NCBI GenBank assembly: GCA_963703225.1
Contig: OY969801.1
Span: 1,856,001-1,920,000 of the forward strand
DNA from: Candidatus Eiseniibacteriota bacterium
GTDB lineage: Bacteria > Eisenbacteria > RBG-16-71-46 > SZUA-252
Reading direction: 5' to 3'
DNA: 64,000 bases
Position 1 is the stretch's first letter. Each line of letters opens with the position of its first letter. The notes beneath the pieces are model-generated. The model did not search any database. It had not been told where the DNA came from and saw nothing but the letters and a program-made list of their open reading frames with translations. The translations under genes were made by a program, and so were the position numbers. Below, one piece after another: positions 10,717-22,044 of the stretch.

Positions 10717-11333
10717 GGCTTGGTTCCCTCCGCGGCCCCGCTCGCCGGCAAGTCGGCAGGCAGCGGATGGTGCGAGCGCTGGAGCGCACGGACGAAGTGG
10801 ATCACCGCCCACCTGTCTTCCGGAAGAATCTGTGACGCATAGGAGGGCATCAGATTTTGCCCGCGGGTGATCACGTGAAAGATCCGGCCATCGGGCCACT
10901 GCCGGACCTTGTCCGAGTGGAGCGTGGGGGGCGTCGGAAACGGCGGCACGATGTAGCCCTTGCCGTCTCCCTCGGGCCCGTGGCAGACCACGCAGTTATT
11001 CATGTAGACCGCGCGGCCCCGCGCGAGAGTCTCCGGAGTGCGAGGCAGCGGGTTCTCGAGCTCCTGCTGTGCCTGGAGGCTGTCGCCCACGGCGTAACGG
11101 TAGGGCGTGTAGCCGGCCGGCACCGTTCCCTCCACCGGATTCCGCATGACCGGTTGGCCGGGGCGTAGCGGATCTTCGTGCTGCGCGGCCACGCGGGGAC
11201 CGTAAGCCATGTCCGGCATGTACTCCAGGGCGGTCTCCTGCTTCTGCCTCGCGCAGCCCAGCGCGAGGGCCGCGGCCAGCGCGGTGCTTGCCACACCCAC
11301 TACGGCGCGTGGCATCGCCGCGAGCCTAGACAT
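10713..11333 (-). CDS. actE: Alternative complex III mono-heme lipoprotein ActE
   Basis: Lipobox ALGC, EYMPDM, PVEGTVP, CVVCHG, MPSYASQI. Confidence 0.9.
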   Translation of the reverse strand: MSRLAAMPRAVVGVASTALAAALALGCARQKQETALEYMPDMAYGPRVAAQHEDPLRPGQPVMRNPVEGTVPAGYTPYRYAVGDSLQAQQELENPLPRTPETLARGRAVYMNNCVVCHGPEGDGKGYIVPPFPTPPTLHSDKVRQWPDGRIFHVITRGQNLMPSYASQILPEDRWAVIHFVRALQRSHHPLPADLPASGAAEGTKP

Positions 11334-11868
11334 GGATCACCCGGATATCGACCGCGCCGGTGGTCTTCAAGAACTGCAAGATGCGCCCTTCGTTCCAATC
11401 GGGGCCGATCTCCGGAATCCAGAGGCCGAAGCGATCGTTGGTCAGATCGCGGTCGAGGATCGGCTTCTTGTAGTTCGGGAGGCCGCAAGCGACGAGGAGC
11501 GCGGCGAGCGTCATCGTCCCGCCGAGGAGCACCCCGCACTCGAATGTGATCGGGATGAAGGCGGGCAGCGAAATCATCGGCTTCCCGCCCACGAGGATCG
11601 GCCAGTCGTAGGCCGAGGCCCAAATCATGAACGTGAGCCCCAGGGTCGCGCCGCTCAACCCCATCACGAGCGTCACCCATGGCACCCAGGACTTCTTGAT
11701 GCCAAGCGCCTCGCTCATGCCGTGCACCGCGTACGGGGTGAACGCGTCCATCTCGGCAAAGCCGTGCTCCCTGGCGCGGTTTGCGGCGTGGAGCAACGAA
11801 TCGGGGTCCGCGTAGAGGGCCAGGACGCCGCGGGGCGGCTCCGGTTTCCTGGCGAACGGGTTACGCAT
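11326..11868 (-). CDS. actD: Alternative complex III subunit ActD (DUF3341)
   Basis: [29 protein letters not shown]. Confidence 0.92.
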   Translation of the reverse strand: MRNPFARKPEPPRGVLALYADPDSLLHAANRAREHGFAEMDAFTPYAVHGMSEALGIKKSWVPWVTLVMGLSGATLGLTFMIWASAYDWPILVGGKPMISLPAFIPITFECGVLLGGTMTLAALLVACGLPNYKKPILDRDLTNDRFGLWIPEIGPDWNEGRILQFLKTTGAVDIRVIHV

Positions 11869-13264
11869 GGATGGTCTCCTCCGAGCGGGCCGGCGCTGGA
11901 TCGGCCGAGCGCTTCGATGCCCAGAGCACGCCCTTCACCTCGGCGATCGAGATCGCCGGGAAGAAGCGGCAGAAGAGGAGGAACCACATGAAGAAGAATC
12001 CAAAGGAGCCGACGATGACCGAGTAGTCGAAGATGGTTGGCTTGTAGTAGGACCACGCCGTGGGGATGAAGTCCCGGTGGAGCGAGGTCACGATGATCGT
12101 GAAGCGCTCGAACCACATGCCGACGTTGACCAGAATGGACGCGGCGAACATGATCGGAATGCTCCGGCGGAATCGCCGGAACCAGAAGAGCTGAGGCACG
12201 ATCACGTTGCAGCTGACCATGATCCAATAGGACCAAGCAAAGGGCCCGGTCGCGCGGTTCAAGAAGGTGAACTTCTCGAACGGGCTTCCGCTGTAGAGCG
12301 CGACGAAGAACTCCGTGGCGTACGCGTACCCCACCATCATCCCCGTGACCAGGATGATCTTGTTCATGTTCTCCAAATGATGGAGCGTGACGTACTCCTC
12401 CATATGGAAGACCTTGCGCAGAATCACGAGCAGCGTCACCACCATCGCGAAGCCGGAGAAGATCGCGCCCGCGACGAAGTAGGGCGGGAAGATCGTCGTG
12501 TGCCAGCCCGGCAGGATCGAGGTGGCGAAATCGAAGGAGACGATGCTGTGCACCGAGAGAACGAGCGGCGTGGAGAGGCCGGCCAGCATCATGTACGCCC
12601 GTTCGTAGTGCTGCCAATGGCGTTCGGAGCCGCGCCATCCCAGCGAGAGAATGCCGTAGATCGCGCGCCGCCACCCGGTGGAGCGGTCGCGAAGCGTGGC
12701 GAAATCCGGGATGAGCCCCGTGTACCAGAAGACGACCGATATCGTCAGGTAGGTCGAAACCGCGAAGACATCCCAGACCAATGGCGAGCGGAAGTTCACC
12801 CAGAGGTGGCGCCAGTTCGGGTAGGGGATCAGCCAGTAGCCAAACCACGTCCGCCCCATATGGATCAGCGGGAAGAGGCCAGCGGTCATGACCGCGAAGA
12901 TCGTCATCGCCTCGGCCGAGCGGTTGATCGCCGTGCGCCAGCGCTGGCGGAAGAGGTGGAGGATCGCCGAGATCAGGGTGCCCGCGTGCCCGATGCCGAT
13001 CCAGAAGACGAAGCTCGTGATGTCGACCGCCCACCCCACCGGGTGGTTGAGCCCCCAGATCCCGATCCCCTTGTACATCTGGTAGGAGATTTCGGCGGCG
13101 AACTGGAGCGTCAGGAGGAGCGAGATGCCGAAGAATATCTTCCAGAGCCACCCCGGCTTCCGCTCGATCGGCGCCGCGACCTCCGCGGAGATGTCCGAGA
13201 ATTCCTTCTTCGGGTCGATGAGGCGCGCCTCGTTGAGAACCATGGGCGCGGCGTGATCGCTCAC
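11861..13264 (-). CDS. actC: Alternative complex III subunit ActC (NrfD/PsrC family)
   Basis: [53 protein letters not shown]. Confidence 0.96.
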   Translation of the reverse strand: MSDHAAPMVLNEARLIDPKKEFSDISAEVAAPIERKPGWLWKIFFGISLLLTLQFAAEISYQMYKGIGIWGLNHPVGWAVDITSFVFWIGIGHAGTLISAILHLFRQRWRTAINRSAEAMTIFAVMTAGLFPLIHMGRTWFGYWLIPYPNWRHLWVNFRSPLVWDVFAVSTYLTISVVFWYTGLIPDFATLRDRSTGWRRAIYGILSLGWRGSERHWQHYERAYMMLAGLSTPLVLSVHSIVSFDFATSILPGWHTTIFPPYFVAGAIFSGFAMVVTLLVILRKVFHMEEYVTLHHLENMNKIILVTGMMVGYAYATEFFVALYSGSPFEKFTFLNRATGPFAWSYWIMVSCNVIVPQLFWFRRFRRSIPIMFAASILVNVGMWFERFTIIVTSLHRDFIPTAWSYYKPTIFDYSVIVGSFGFFFMWFLLFCRFFPAISIAEVKGVLWASKRSADPAPARSEETIHA

Positions 13265-16200
13265 GCGGAGGCCTCCTCACGGTTTCGCACCTTGGTCTGG
13301 TACGTGATGGCGGACCGCGTGTTCAGGTCCGACAGCACGTGGTATCCGCGCTCGGACTTCGCGAGCTGCGCCACCCGGCTTGAGGGGTCGTTCACGTCGC
13401 CGAAGACAATCGCTTGGGTCGGGCACGTCTGCATGCACGCGGTCTCGATGTCTCCATCCGCCACCGGCACGCCGAGCGCCTTGGCTCGCTCCTTCCCGTC
13501 CCGGATCCGCTGCACGCAGAAGGTGCACTTCTCCATGACCCCCTTGCTCCGCACGGTGACGTCCGGATTGAGGACCAATTGGAGCGACTTGTCCTTGATG
13601 TGGCTGTAGTCGAACCAGTTGAAGCGGCGCACCTTGTAGGGGCAGTTGTTGGAGCAATAGCGGGTCCCGACGCAGCGGTTGTAGATCTGGATGTTGAGCC
13701 CTTCGCTGGAATGGACCGTCGCGAGCACGGGGCAGACGGTCTCGCACGGCGCGTTGTCGCAGTGCTGGCAGAGCATCGGCTGATGGACCGATTCGGGATT
13801 CTCAGCATCGCCCGAGTAGTAGCGATCGAGCCGGATCCAATCCATCTCGCGGCCCCGTAGCACGCCCGACTTGCCGACCACCGGAACGTTGTTCTCGGCA
13901 CGGCACGCGACCATGCACGCTTCGCAGCCGATGCAGGCCGAGAGATCGACCGCCATCCCCCACTTGTGCCCCGTGTACTTGTGTTCCGTCCACATGGACG
14001 GGAGGTGTTCCGGCTCCTCGTTTCCAGAGCGCGGATCGCGGAGGAACTCCGGGAAGGTGGTCTCGTAGATGATCGGGCGGTGCTCGGTATATTGGTGCCC
14101 CTGGACCATCGCGAGGGGCGCGACGCGGCCCGTCTTCACGATTCGAACCGGGACCCCGCTCATCGCGATCGCCCCGCCGGTTACCTCCGCGAGGGCGAAG
14201 CCGTTCTGCCCGATCTTGTTCCCCACTCGGCCTGCCGCGGTCCGCCCGTAGCCCAGGGCCACCGCCACCACGTCGGGATGGAGCCCCGGCTGCACGTGCA
14301 CCGGCAGATCGAACTTGGCGTGGCCCACGTCGACCGTGACGACGTCCGCCTTCATCTCGTAGTCCGTGACCCCAAGTGCCTTGGCCCGCGAGGGCGCGAC
14401 GGAGACGTAATTGTCCCAGGTAACCTTGGAGACCGGATCCGGGAGCTCCTGGAGCCACGCGTTGTTGGCGCTTCGCCCGTCGTACATCGTGACGGGCGCG
14501 TAGAGAACCAGCTGGAGCGTGCCGTCGCCACCCGGCTTCCAGCCGGGGAGCGACGAGACCGATTGGGAGAGGAAGGGCCGGACCGGACCGCTCGAATTAT
14601 CTCCGGCCGTCGCGATCACTCCCTGCCGGAGCGCCCCCTCCCAGAAAATCTCGAAAGGGGCCGGGGCATCGGCCCGCGGATAGACGTTCGAGCGCCAGCT
14701 ATCCTTCAAGTACTGGTGCCAGGTCCCGGACGTGCCGGCGAGCGGGCCCTTCCCCAAGGCTCTCCCCCAGGCGAGCAGCGACTCTTGGAGTTGTCGCACG
14801 TCGTAGAGCGGCGCGATGGTCGGCTGGGTGAGCGACGTAACGCCCGGGCGCGGCTCGTGGTCGTTCCACGATTCCAACCCGTGGGTGTCGGGCGCGATCA
14901 GATCGGCGCCCATGGCGGTCTCGTCCGCGCGATCGGCGAAGCTCACGACGAACGGGACCCGCTTCGCCGCGTCGGCGAAACCGACAGCGGCCGGGAGCGT
15001 GTGCGCCGGGTTGACCCCATGGATCAGGAGCGCGGCAACCTCTCCCGCCCGCATCCGCTCCACGAGTCGAAGCACCGCCTCCTCGGAGCCCGCGGCCTGC
15101 CGCGACGGCTGCGCGCTGTCGACGGTGACTCCTTCGTTCCCCAGGGCGCTGTTCAACAGATTGACCGCTACCTGGAGCGGGACGGCATGCTCGGCCGGGG
15201 CCGCCTGCGGCCCACCCAAAACCAAACTCCTCCCCCGCGCCTGCCAGAGGTCCTCCGCGACGCGGGCGAGCGAGCCGGCCGAGAGACCGGCGGTCCGCTC
15301 CACCGACTCGGCGGCAAACGAGCGCACGGCGTCAACGATCGCGCTGTTCCCCGCAAGCGGCGACCGAGGCTCGCGCACCAGGATTTCGTGCGCCAGCGCC
15401 ATGGCCACCGGATAGAGATGGTCGGGGCGGACACGAAGCCGCGTGTCGGCGTTGGCGCCGGTCAACGTCAAGATTGGCTCGATGGCGATGACGCGAGACA
15501 TGGAGCCCGCTTCCGGGCGGCGGCGTCCTGAGAAGTCGCGCGCGAATTCCACGGGTGAAAGGAACGTGCCGAGCGGGTCGGCTCCGAGAGTGACGAGCAC
15601 GTCGGCCCGGTCGATGCGATAGCGGGGGACGATCCGGCCGCCGTAGCACTGCTCCTGCGCGCGGGCGAGCGCGTCGACCGAGATCGGGTCGTAGACGACG
15701 TGATCCCCGCCCGGGAACGCGGCGAGGAACGAATCGATCAAAGTCCGCGTCGTGGGGCTCGTGATCGTACCCGAGAGAAAGACGACACGGCCACCGCGCT
15801 CCTGGGCGGTCCGGAGCGCCTCCACCGTACGCCGGTCGATCTCGTTCCACGACACCGAACGCGTGAGGCCCTTCGCGCGATCGACAAGCGCAGGGCCGCG
15901 CATGCGGTCGGGGTCATACAGGTTGAGCACCGACGCCTGCCCGCGGGCGCAGAGGCCGCCGCGGCTCAAGGGGTGGGACTTGTTCCCCTCGATCTTGATC
16001 GGGCGCCCCTCCCGCGTCTTGACGAGGATGCCGCAGGCGGCGGGACACTCGCCGCACGTGGACGCGAAATAGATCGCGTTTCCAGGCGTGAGCTCTTCCG
16101 GTGCCTTGACGTAAGGGAGAATCTTCTCCACCGGCTTCCGGGCGCACCCCGCGGCCGCGAACGCGGCGCCCGCGCCGAGGAACTTCAAGAACTCCCGCCG

Positions 16201-16425
16201 CGACGGAAGCTCCGCCTCCTGTCCCGGCGGCGTCATGAACTCACGCCGGCTCAATTCCTCGACCTCGGCCGAGCCATGGAGCTGGGCGAGCGTCGACCAG
16301 TGCTTGGGCGGGACGGCCTCCCGAGGCGGACCTATCACGGACGATGCGCTCTCGGCCTCCCGAGACGGACCTATCACGGACGATGCGCTCTCATCGGGCT
16401 TGGGCGTGCTCGTCACATGTGACAT
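13261..16425 (-). CDS. actB: Alternative complex III subunit ActB (molybdopterin-oxidoreductase-like plus Fe-S domain)
   Basis: Tat-like [70 protein letters not shown]; start could be 16434, 16425 or 16416. Confidence 0.95.
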   Translation of the reverse strand: MSHVTSTPKPDESASSVIGPSREAESASSVIGPPREAVPPKHWSTLAQLHGSAEVEELSRREFMTPPGQEAELPSRREFLKFLGAGAAFAAAGCARKPVEKILPYVKAPEELTPGNAIYFASTCGECPAACGILVKTREGRPIKIEGNKSHPLSRGGLCARGQASVLNLYDPDRMRGPALVDRAKGLTRSVSWNEIDRRTVEALRTAQERGGRVVFLSGTITSPTTRTLIDSFLAAFPGGDHVVYDPISVDALARAQEQCYGGRIVPRYRIDRADVLVTLGADPLGTFLSPVEFARDFSGRRRPEAGSMSRVIAIEPILTLTGANADTRLRVRPDHLYPVAMALAHEILVREPRSPLAGNSAIVDAVRSFAAESVERTAGLSAGSLARVAEDLWQARGRSLVLGGPQAAPAEHAVPLQVAVNLLNSALGNEGVTVDSAQPSRQAAGSEEAVLRLVERMRAGEVAALLIHGVNPAHTLPAAVGFADAAKRVPFVVSFADRADETAMGADLIAPDTHGLESWNDHEPRPGVTSLTQPTIAPLYDVRQLQESLLAWGRALGKGPLAGTSGTWHQYLKDSWRSNVYPRADAPAPFEIFWEGALRQGVIATAGDNSSGPVRPFLSQSVSSLPGWKPGGDGTLQLVLYAPVTMYDGRSANNAWLQELPDPVSKVTWDNYVSVAPSRAKALGVTDYEMKADVVTVDVGHAKFDLPVHVQPGLHPDVVAVALGYGRTAAGRVGNKIGQNGFALAEVTGGAIAMSGVPVRIVKTGRVAPLAMVQGHQYTEHRPIIYETTFPEFLRDPRSGNEEPEHLPSMWTEHKYTGHKWGMAVDLSACIGCEACMVACRAENNVPVVGKSGVLRGREMDWIRLDRYYSGDAENPESVHQPMLCQHCDNAPCETVCPVLATVHSSEGLNIQIYNRCVGTRYCSNNCPYKVRRFNWFDYSHIKDKSLQLVLNPDVTVRSKGVMEKCTFCVQRIRDGKERAKALGVPVADGDIETACMQTCPTQAIVFGDVNDPSSRVAQLAKSERGYHVLSDLNTRSAITYQTKVRNREEASA
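16314..16392. repeat. Tandem duplication of 39 bp (2 copies, 1 mismatch) in the actB 5' end
   Basis: cggcctcccgag(g/a)cggacctatcacggacgatgcgctct twice; encodes ESASSVIGP(S/P)REA twice. Confidence 0.95.
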
Positions 16426-16931
16426 GTGTTGCACTCAACGGAGGCGCGATTCTGTCGGTGGCAATTGATGCACCACCCCATTTTCAAGGTCGCCACCTGC
16501 CGGACCACGTCCATCGTCTGAACCTGGCCGTGGCAGGTCTGGCAGGCGATCCCACGCGCGACGTGCCACCGGTGGCTGAAGTAGACGTAATCCGGGATCC
16601 GGTGCACCCGCACCCAGGGAATCGGCTGATTCGCCTGGTAGAGGCTGTTCACGAGCTGGATCGCGGGGCGATCGGTTCGAACGACGATATGGCAGTTCAT
16701 GCAGACGTTCGTGGCCGGAACGGTCGCGTGGCGCGAGCGCTCGGCGGGGGCGTGGCAGTAGAGGCAGGGAATCTTCCGCGTGCCCGCGTGGATCTTGTGG
16801 CTGAACGGAATGGGCTGCTTTGGCGCGTAGCCCACGTTGCTGAACGTGTCAAAAAAGGACCACGCTCCAAGGCCAAGGAGCACGCCGATGAGGAGGAGGG
16901 GAACGATTCCCTGTTTCGCGTTGAGGGACAC
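16413..16931 (-). CDS. actA: Alternative complex III penta-heme cytochrome ActA
   Basis: TM helix, PKQPIPFSHKIHAG, five CxxCH (CLYCH, CMNCH, CQTCH, CINCH, CNTCH). Confidence 0.95.
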   Translation of the reverse strand: MSLNAKQGIVPLLLIGVLLGLGAWSFFDTFSNVGYAPKQPIPFSHKIHAGTRKIPCLYCHAPAERSRHATVPATNVCMNCHIVVRTDRPAIQLVNSLYQANQPIPWVRVHRIPDYVYFSHRWHVARGIACQTCHGQVQTMDVVRQVATLKMGWCINCHRQNRASVECNTCHM

Positions 16932-16996
16932 CGGTGCCGGTTACGCCTTCCCCTTGTCCGAGGTCGCTCCGCGAAATCGGCGGATGGAAAAAAACT

Positions 16997-17014
16997 TTGT
17001 GAATACTGTCACCA
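16997..17014. promoter_or_regulatory. Rex/CRP-type operator upstream of the act-cox operon
   Basis: TTGTGAATACTGTCACCA vs Rex TTGTGAA-N4-TTCACAA (12/14); minus-strand TTGACG at 17031-17026 places it over the -10 region. Confidence 0.55.
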
Positions 17015-17156
17015 AGTCGCGGGGTCGTCAAGCCCGATCCTCGCCGCGGATGGCTCGGAGCGTCTTCTCCCGCGAGCAGCCGCGCGCAGGATAGTCGAGC
17101 TTTAGACCAATGGCCATTTCTTTGCGCGGCGGCCGGTTGGGGTCCCCCGGTGCCGG

Positions 17157-17185
17157 TTGCCCGTCTCCCTCCCAATCCCTATACT
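17157..17185 (+). promoter_or_regulatory. sigma70-type promoter for the men operon (leaderless)
   Basis: TTGCCC-N17-TATACT, 6 nt before in-frame GTG 17192, no SD. Confidence 0.65.
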
Positions 17186-17191
17186 CGCCCG

Positions 17192-18505
17192 GTGACCCTG
17201 CCTCCCGCCCCGCCGACAAGCGGGGCCACCACGTTTGAAGCGGTCCACGTTTCCCGGAGATCGACCTCGCCCGATTTCCGGCCCGAATCGGTCGTTCCTG
17301 GGCCTCTTTCGCCGCCTTGCTTCCTCTGGGAATCGCCCGACGGGGAGGCCATCGCCATGATGGGGGTCGCGGCCCGACTGGAGTGCCGGGGGCCCCGTCC
17401 TTGGGAGGAGGCCCGGGCCTGGCTCCGGACGCTCGCGGAGATGGCGACAACGCTCGAGGGGGCAGCTGGCGATCCGCCGCTCGCGTTCGTCGGGTTCAGC
17501 TTCGATGGTCGGCCCGCCCCGGAGTGGGATCTTCCGGCGGGCGTCGTCCTGATCCCGGCCCTCGAGTGGCGTCGGAATGCCGATGGCCGCGGCACGATCA
17601 CGAGCTGGCGGCTGGCCGAATCGGAAGAGGCACCTCTCGCGACCGGCGAACGCCGGCGAGACGAGGTGGCCCCGGAGCCGGCCAGCGCCAAGATTGAAGA
17701 TGATTGGTCTCGGGAGGGATGGTCCCAAGCGGTCGGACGGGTTCTGGAGGAAATCCGGAGCGGGCGTGTCGAGAAGGTCGTCTTGGCCCGGAGCCGTGCA
17801 TCCCGGATGCCGCTTCCCTTGGACGCGGCCGCGGCGTTTGCCGCGCTTCGCGACGCGCATCCTTCCTGTTTTCGATTCCTCTATTGGGATGAGCGCGGCG
17901 GCCTCGTCCTCGGCGCGAGCCCCGAACGGCTCGTCTCCCTGCGGGAGGGTTTGGTTCGGGCCGATGCGGTCGCCGGCACCGCACCGGTTCGCGAGGGCGA
18001 CGGCGCCGAGGCATCGCGGGATCTGTTGAGCAATCGGAAGGAATTGCGCGAGCACACGGTGGTCGTTCGGGACCTTCTCAGCAAGCTGGGCTCGATTTGC
18101 GACCGCGTGACCGCTTCCGACGGGCCGTCGCTTCAGCTGCTGCGCCACGTCGCCCACCTCAAGACTTCGGTCACGGGTAGCGCTCCCCCCGGTACGCACG
18201 TGCTCGACCTCGTCTCCCGCCTCCACCCGACGCCCGCCGTGGCGGGGTCGCCGCCAGAGGCAGCGCTCACGCTCATCCGCGCGCTCGAGCCCCGCTCCCG
18301 CGGCTGGTACGCGGGGCCGATCGGCTGGGTCGACGCGGCCGGAGATGGCGATTTCGCGGTTGGAATCCGGTCGGCCCACGTCCGGGGCGATCGAGCGCTC
18401 CTGTACGCGGGCGCGGGAATCGTGGAGGGCTCGGTCGCCGAGCGAGAGTGGGAGGAGTGCGCGATCAAGATGCGATTCATCGAGGATGCTCTGCTCCGTG
18501 GCTGA
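17192..18505 (+). CDS. menF: Isochorismate synthase
   Basis: EKVVLAR, GASPERL, AGT, KELREH, LHPTPAVAG, RGWYAGPIG, YAGAGIV; first gene of the men operon. Confidence 0.9.
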   Translation: MTLPPAPPTSGATTFEAVHVSRRSTSPDFRPESVVPGPLSPPCFLWESPDGEAIAMMGVAARLECRGPRPWEEARAWLRTLAEMATTLEGAAGDPPLAFVGFSFDGRPAPEWDLPAGVVLIPALEWRRNADGRGTITSWRLAESEEAPLATGERRRDEVAPEPASAKIEDDWSREGWSQAVGRVLEEIRSGRVEKVVLARSRASRMPLPLDAAAAFAALRDAHPSCFRFLYWDERGGLVLGASPERLVSLREGLVRADAVAGTAPVREGDGAEASRDLLSNRKELREHTVVVRDLLSKLGSICDRVTASDGPSLQLLRHVAHLKTSVTGSAPPGTHVLDLVSRLHPTPAVAGSPPEAALTLIRALEPRSRGWYAGPIGWVDAAGDGDFAVGIRSAHVRGDRALLYAGAGIVEGSVAEREWEECAIKMRFIEDALLRG

Positions 18506-20324
18506 TCTGATCACAAGCCGACCGAGCGGCACCGCCCTCGCGGGCGCGGCGACCGGCGGCGACGCGACGGCCCGGGCCAACCTCGCCTGGGCGGAACGAT
18601 TTGTCGCCGCGCTCCGGGAACGGGGCGTGCGCGACGCGTGCGTCTGCTCCGGCTCGCGCTCGGCCCCGCTGACGCTGGCGCTCCACCGTTCGGGAATCCG
18701 CACCCACGTCCCCCTCGACGAGCGCGCCGGGGCTTTCTTCGCGCTGGGGCTCGCCAAGGCGGCCAGGCGGCCGGTCGCGATCGTGACCACGTCGGGAACC
18801 GCGGCGGCCAACCTCTACCCCGCGATCGTCGAGGCCTTCCACGCGCGGGTCCCGCTCATCGTCATGACCGCCGACCGGCCACCGGAGCTTCGCGGCACGG
18901 GAGCGCCTCAGACGATCGACCAGATCAGGATGTTCGGCACGGCGGTCCGCTGGTTCCACGAAGTGGGAGCCCCGACCGCCGGCGCCGATCGCTTGGAGTA
19001 CGTCGCGTCGCTCGGAGCGCGCGCCGTCGCGGAAGCGTGGGGCGCACCGGCGGGGCCCGTGCACCTGAATTTCGCGTTCCGCGAGCCGCTCGTCCCGGGG
19101 CCGGAGGCGCTCTTGCCTGTCGGACCGGGGGGCGCGGCGGCGGGAGCCGATCGACCATCCGGGATCGATGGACCCGAGCTTCCTGCCGCCACAGCTGGCG
19201 CGGTCGCCCGCGCGGCTGGGCTGCTCCGCCGCAGAAGGCGCGGATTGATCGTCTGCGGCCCCGAGGACGCGACGGAGGACCTCCCCCACGCGGTGGCGCG
19301 GCTCGCCGCGGTGACCGGATATCCGATCCTGGCCGATCCGGCCTCGCAGGTCCGGTACGGTCCGCACGACCGCACGCGGGTCCTCGGCGCCTACGACGCC
19401 TTCCTCCGCTCGACGGGGTTCGCGTCGGGTGAGGCTCCGGAGGTCCTGCTCCAGTTTGGCCCTCCGCTCACGTCCAAGGCGTTCCACCTCTACGCGGCTC
19501 GCCATCCGGAGGCGCTCCACCTCCTGGTCGACCCCGGGCGGGAATGGCGCGACCCATCGCGGCGTGCGTCGGAATTGTTCGTCGCCGATTCCGCGGCGTT
19601 CGCGGAGACGCTGGCCGAGGCGCTCTCGAAGGGGGCGGATCCACTCCCTGGCTGGGGCGGGCGATTCGCCTCCGCGGAAGCGGCGGCGCGCGGCGCGATC
19701 GATCGCCATCGCGGCAGGCAGCGTGGACTGAATGAGGCCAATCTATTCTCGGAGCTGATCGAGGCGGCACCCGAGGGGACGATGATCTATGTTGGGAACA
19801 GCCTCGCGATCCGAAACCTCGACCTCTTCGCCCCGACATCGGAAAGGCGTCTCCGGGTCCTCGCCAACCGTGGGGCCAATGGGATCGACGGTTTGGTCTC
19901 GAGCGGCCTCGGGGCGAGCGCGGCCGCCGACGCGCCGACGCTCGTCGTGACGGGCGACCTGTCGTTCCACCACGATCTGAACGGGCTCGCCGCGGCGCGG
20001 GAAGGGAGAGCGCGCGCGACGATCGTCGTCATCAACAACGACGGCGGCGGCGTCTTCTCGCTGCTTCCCATCGCGGACCACGGCGATCTCTTCGAGCGCT
20101 ACTTCGGAACCCCTCACGGATTCGACTTCGCCTCGGCCGCGGCCGTCTACGGGGTCCCTTTCCGAAGGCCGGCGTCCCCCTCCGAGCTTCGCCATCAGAC
20201 GGCGGATTCCCTCGCCCGGCGGGATACGGAGATTGTCGAGGTCCGCTGCGATCGGGGCGAGACCCGAGAGCTCCATCTCGAGCTCCGGGCCGAGGCGATC
20301 CGGGCGGTGGAGGAGAGACTGTGA
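18498..20324 (+). CDS. menD: SEPHCHC synthase MenD
   Basis: GSRSAPL, DERAGAFFALG, TSGTAAAN, TADRP, GPVHLN, NRGANGIDG, GDLSFHHD, NNDGGG; GTG 18498 overlaps the menF end. Confidence 0.95.
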   Translation: MADLITSRPSGTALAGAATGGDATARANLAWAERFVAALRERGVRDACVCSGSRSAPLTLALHRSGIRTHVPLDERAGAFFALGLAKAARRPVAIVTTSGTAAANLYPAIVEAFHARVPLIVMTADRPPELRGTGAPQTIDQIRMFGTAVRWFHEVGAPTAGADRLEYVASLGARAVAEAWGAPAGPVHLNFAFREPLVPGPEALLPVGPGGAAAGADRPSGIDGPELPAATAGAVARAAGLLRRRRRGLIVCGPEDATEDLPHAVARLAAVTGYPILADPASQVRYGPHDRTRVLGAYDAFLRSTGFASGEAPEVLLQFGPPLTSKAFHLYAARHPEALHLLVDPGREWRDPSRRASELFVADSAAFAETLAEALSKGADPLPGWGGRFASAEAAARGAIDRHRGRQRGLNEANLFSELIEAAPEGTMIYVGNSLAIRNLDLFAPTSERRLRVLANRGANGIDGLVSSGLGASAAADAPTLVVTGDLSFHHDLNGLAAAREGRARATIVVINNDGGGVFSLLPIADHGDLFERYFGTPHGFDFASAAAVYGVPFRRPASPSELRHQTADSLARRDTEIVEVRCDRGETRELHLELRAEAIRAVEERL

Positions 20325-21199
20325 AATCCTGGGCCGAAGCGCGCCCGATCGAGATCCGAGGCCTCTCCTACGCGGTCAGGCTCGAGCGGCCGCCAGGCGG
20401 TCGTCGCGCGGTCGTCTTGCTGCACGGATTCGCGGGATCGTCGGACGATTGGACCACGGTCGCGGAGGAGCTAGTCGACGCCGGGTACGCCGTCGCGGGA
20501 ATCGATCTCCCCGGCCACGGCGCGACCGAAATTCCGGCGGAAGCACACCGCTTCGGCATGCATGAAACGATCCGTGACCTGCTAGCGATCGCCGCCGCGC
20601 TCGGGCTGGGAGTGCCCCACTGGATCGGCTACTCGATGGGCGGCCGGGTCGCGCTCCACGTCGGCGTGGGCCACCCCGAGGCGGCGGCCTCACTCATCTT
20701 GGAATCGACCTCGCCCGGTATCGCGACCGTGGCGGACCGGAGCCAACGCCGCGCCGAGGATGACGCGTTGGCATCCGCGATCGAGTCGAGGGGCATCGCC
20801 TGGTTTGTCGATTCCTGGGAAGCGGTCCCGCTCTTCGAAACCCAACGCCGGCTCCCCCGCGCGATCCTCGACGCACAGCGCGCGCGCCGGCTCGCGAACC
20901 GGCCGGCGGGCCTCGCGGGCTCCCTTCGGGGCCTGGGCCAGGGCGCGCAGGAGTACATCGGCGGCCGCCTCGCCGCGTTGGCCCGGCCGACGCTCCTCCT
21001 GGCTGGGGCGCTCGATTCAAAATACTCGGCGCTTGGGAGGCGGATGGCCCACGATATCTCCGGCGCCGAGCTGGCGGTGATTCCGGACGCCGGACACAAC
21101 ATTCACCTGGAACGGCCGGAGGCATTTCGGCGGGCGCTCCTCGACCGGCTCCACAAGGTCGAGGCCGCGCTCGAGACGCCGGCCTCCCTGACCGCGTAG
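20321..21199 (+). CDS. menH: SHCHC synthase MenH (alpha/beta hydrolase)
   Basis: [25 protein letters not shown]; operon context. Confidence 0.92.
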   Translation: MKSWAEARPIEIRGLSYAVRLERPPGGRRAVVLLHGFAGSSDDWTTVAEELVDAGYAVAGIDLPGHGATEIPAEAHRFGMHETIRDLLAIAAALGLGVPHWIGYSMGGRVALHVGVGHPEAAASLILESTSPGIATVADRSQRRAEDDALASAIESRGIAWFVDSWEAVPLFETQRRLPRAILDAQRARRLANRPAGLAGSLRGLGQGAQEYIGGRLAALARPTLLLAGALDSKYSALGRRMAHDISGAELAVIPDAGHNIHLERPEAFRRALLDRLHKVEAALETPASLTA

Positions 21200-21209
21200 A
21201 GGAGACACC

Positions 21210-22040
21210 ATGACCGTGGCAACCATGATCGCGTGGAAGAAGGCCAAGACGTACCAGGACATTCTCTACGAGAAGGCCGAGGGGATCGCCAAGATCACGA
21301 TCAACCGACCGGAAGTTCGAAACGCGTTCCGGCCGCTCACGGTCCGCGAGATGATCGGGGCCTTCGACGACGCGCGCGAAGATCCGGAGGTCGGCGTGGT
21401 GATCTTGACGGGCGCCGGCGACGAAGCGTTCTGCTCCGGTGGAGATCAGCGCGTTCGTGGCAGTGCCGGGTACGTGGGCGACGACCAGGTGCCGCGTCTC
21501 AACGTGCTCGATCTTCAGAAGAGGATCCGCGCCCTGCCCAAGCCGGTGATCGCCATGGTGGCCGGGTTCGCGATCGGCGGGGGCCACGTGCTCCACGTGG
21601 TCTGCGATCTCACCCTGGCTGCCGAGAACGCGCGCTTTGGACAGACCGGTCCCAAGGTCGGCTCCTTCGACGGCGGGTTTGGCGCGGGTTACCTCGCGCG
21701 CATCGTCGGGCAGAAGAAGGCGCGGGAGATCTGGTATCTCTGCCGGCAATACGACGCGCGGGAGGCCCTCTCGATGGGGCTGGTCAACGCCGTCGTCCCG
21801 CTCGACCGGCTCGAGGAGGAGACCGTCGCGTGGTGCCGCGAGATCCTCACGATGAGCCCGATGGCGCTCCGCTGCGTCAAGGCCTCGTTGAACGCCGACT
21901 GCGACGGCCAGGCCGGAATCCAAGAGTTAGCTGGCAACGCGACGCTTCTCTACTATATGTCCGAGGAGGCGCAGGAAGGGCGAAACGCCTACCTCGAGCG
22001 GCGCAAGCCCGATTTCGGCAAGTTCCGCCGGCTTCCCTGA
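21210..22040 (+). CDS. menB: 1,4-dihydroxy-2-naphthoyl-CoA synthase
   Basis: [40 protein letters not shown]. Confidence 0.97.
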   Translation: MTVATMIAWKKAKTYQDILYEKAEGIAKITINRPEVRNAFRPLTVREMIGAFDDAREDPEVGVVILTGAGDEAFCSGGDQRVRGSAGYVGDDQVPRLNVLDLQKRIRALPKPVIAMVAGFAIGGGHVLHVVCDLTLAAENARFGQTGPKVGSFDGGFGAGYLARIVGQKKAREIWYLCRQYDAREALSMGLVNAVVPLDRLEEETVAWCREILTMSPMALRCVKASLNADCDGQAGIQELAGNATLLYYMSEEAQEGRNAYLERRKPDFGKFRRLP

Positions 22041-22044
22041 CCCG

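Noticed and set aside
13261..16425. ActB as an active molybdoenzyme
   Set aside because: Its context in actA-F identifies it as ACIII ActB, whose large domain is known not to bind a Mo cofactor.
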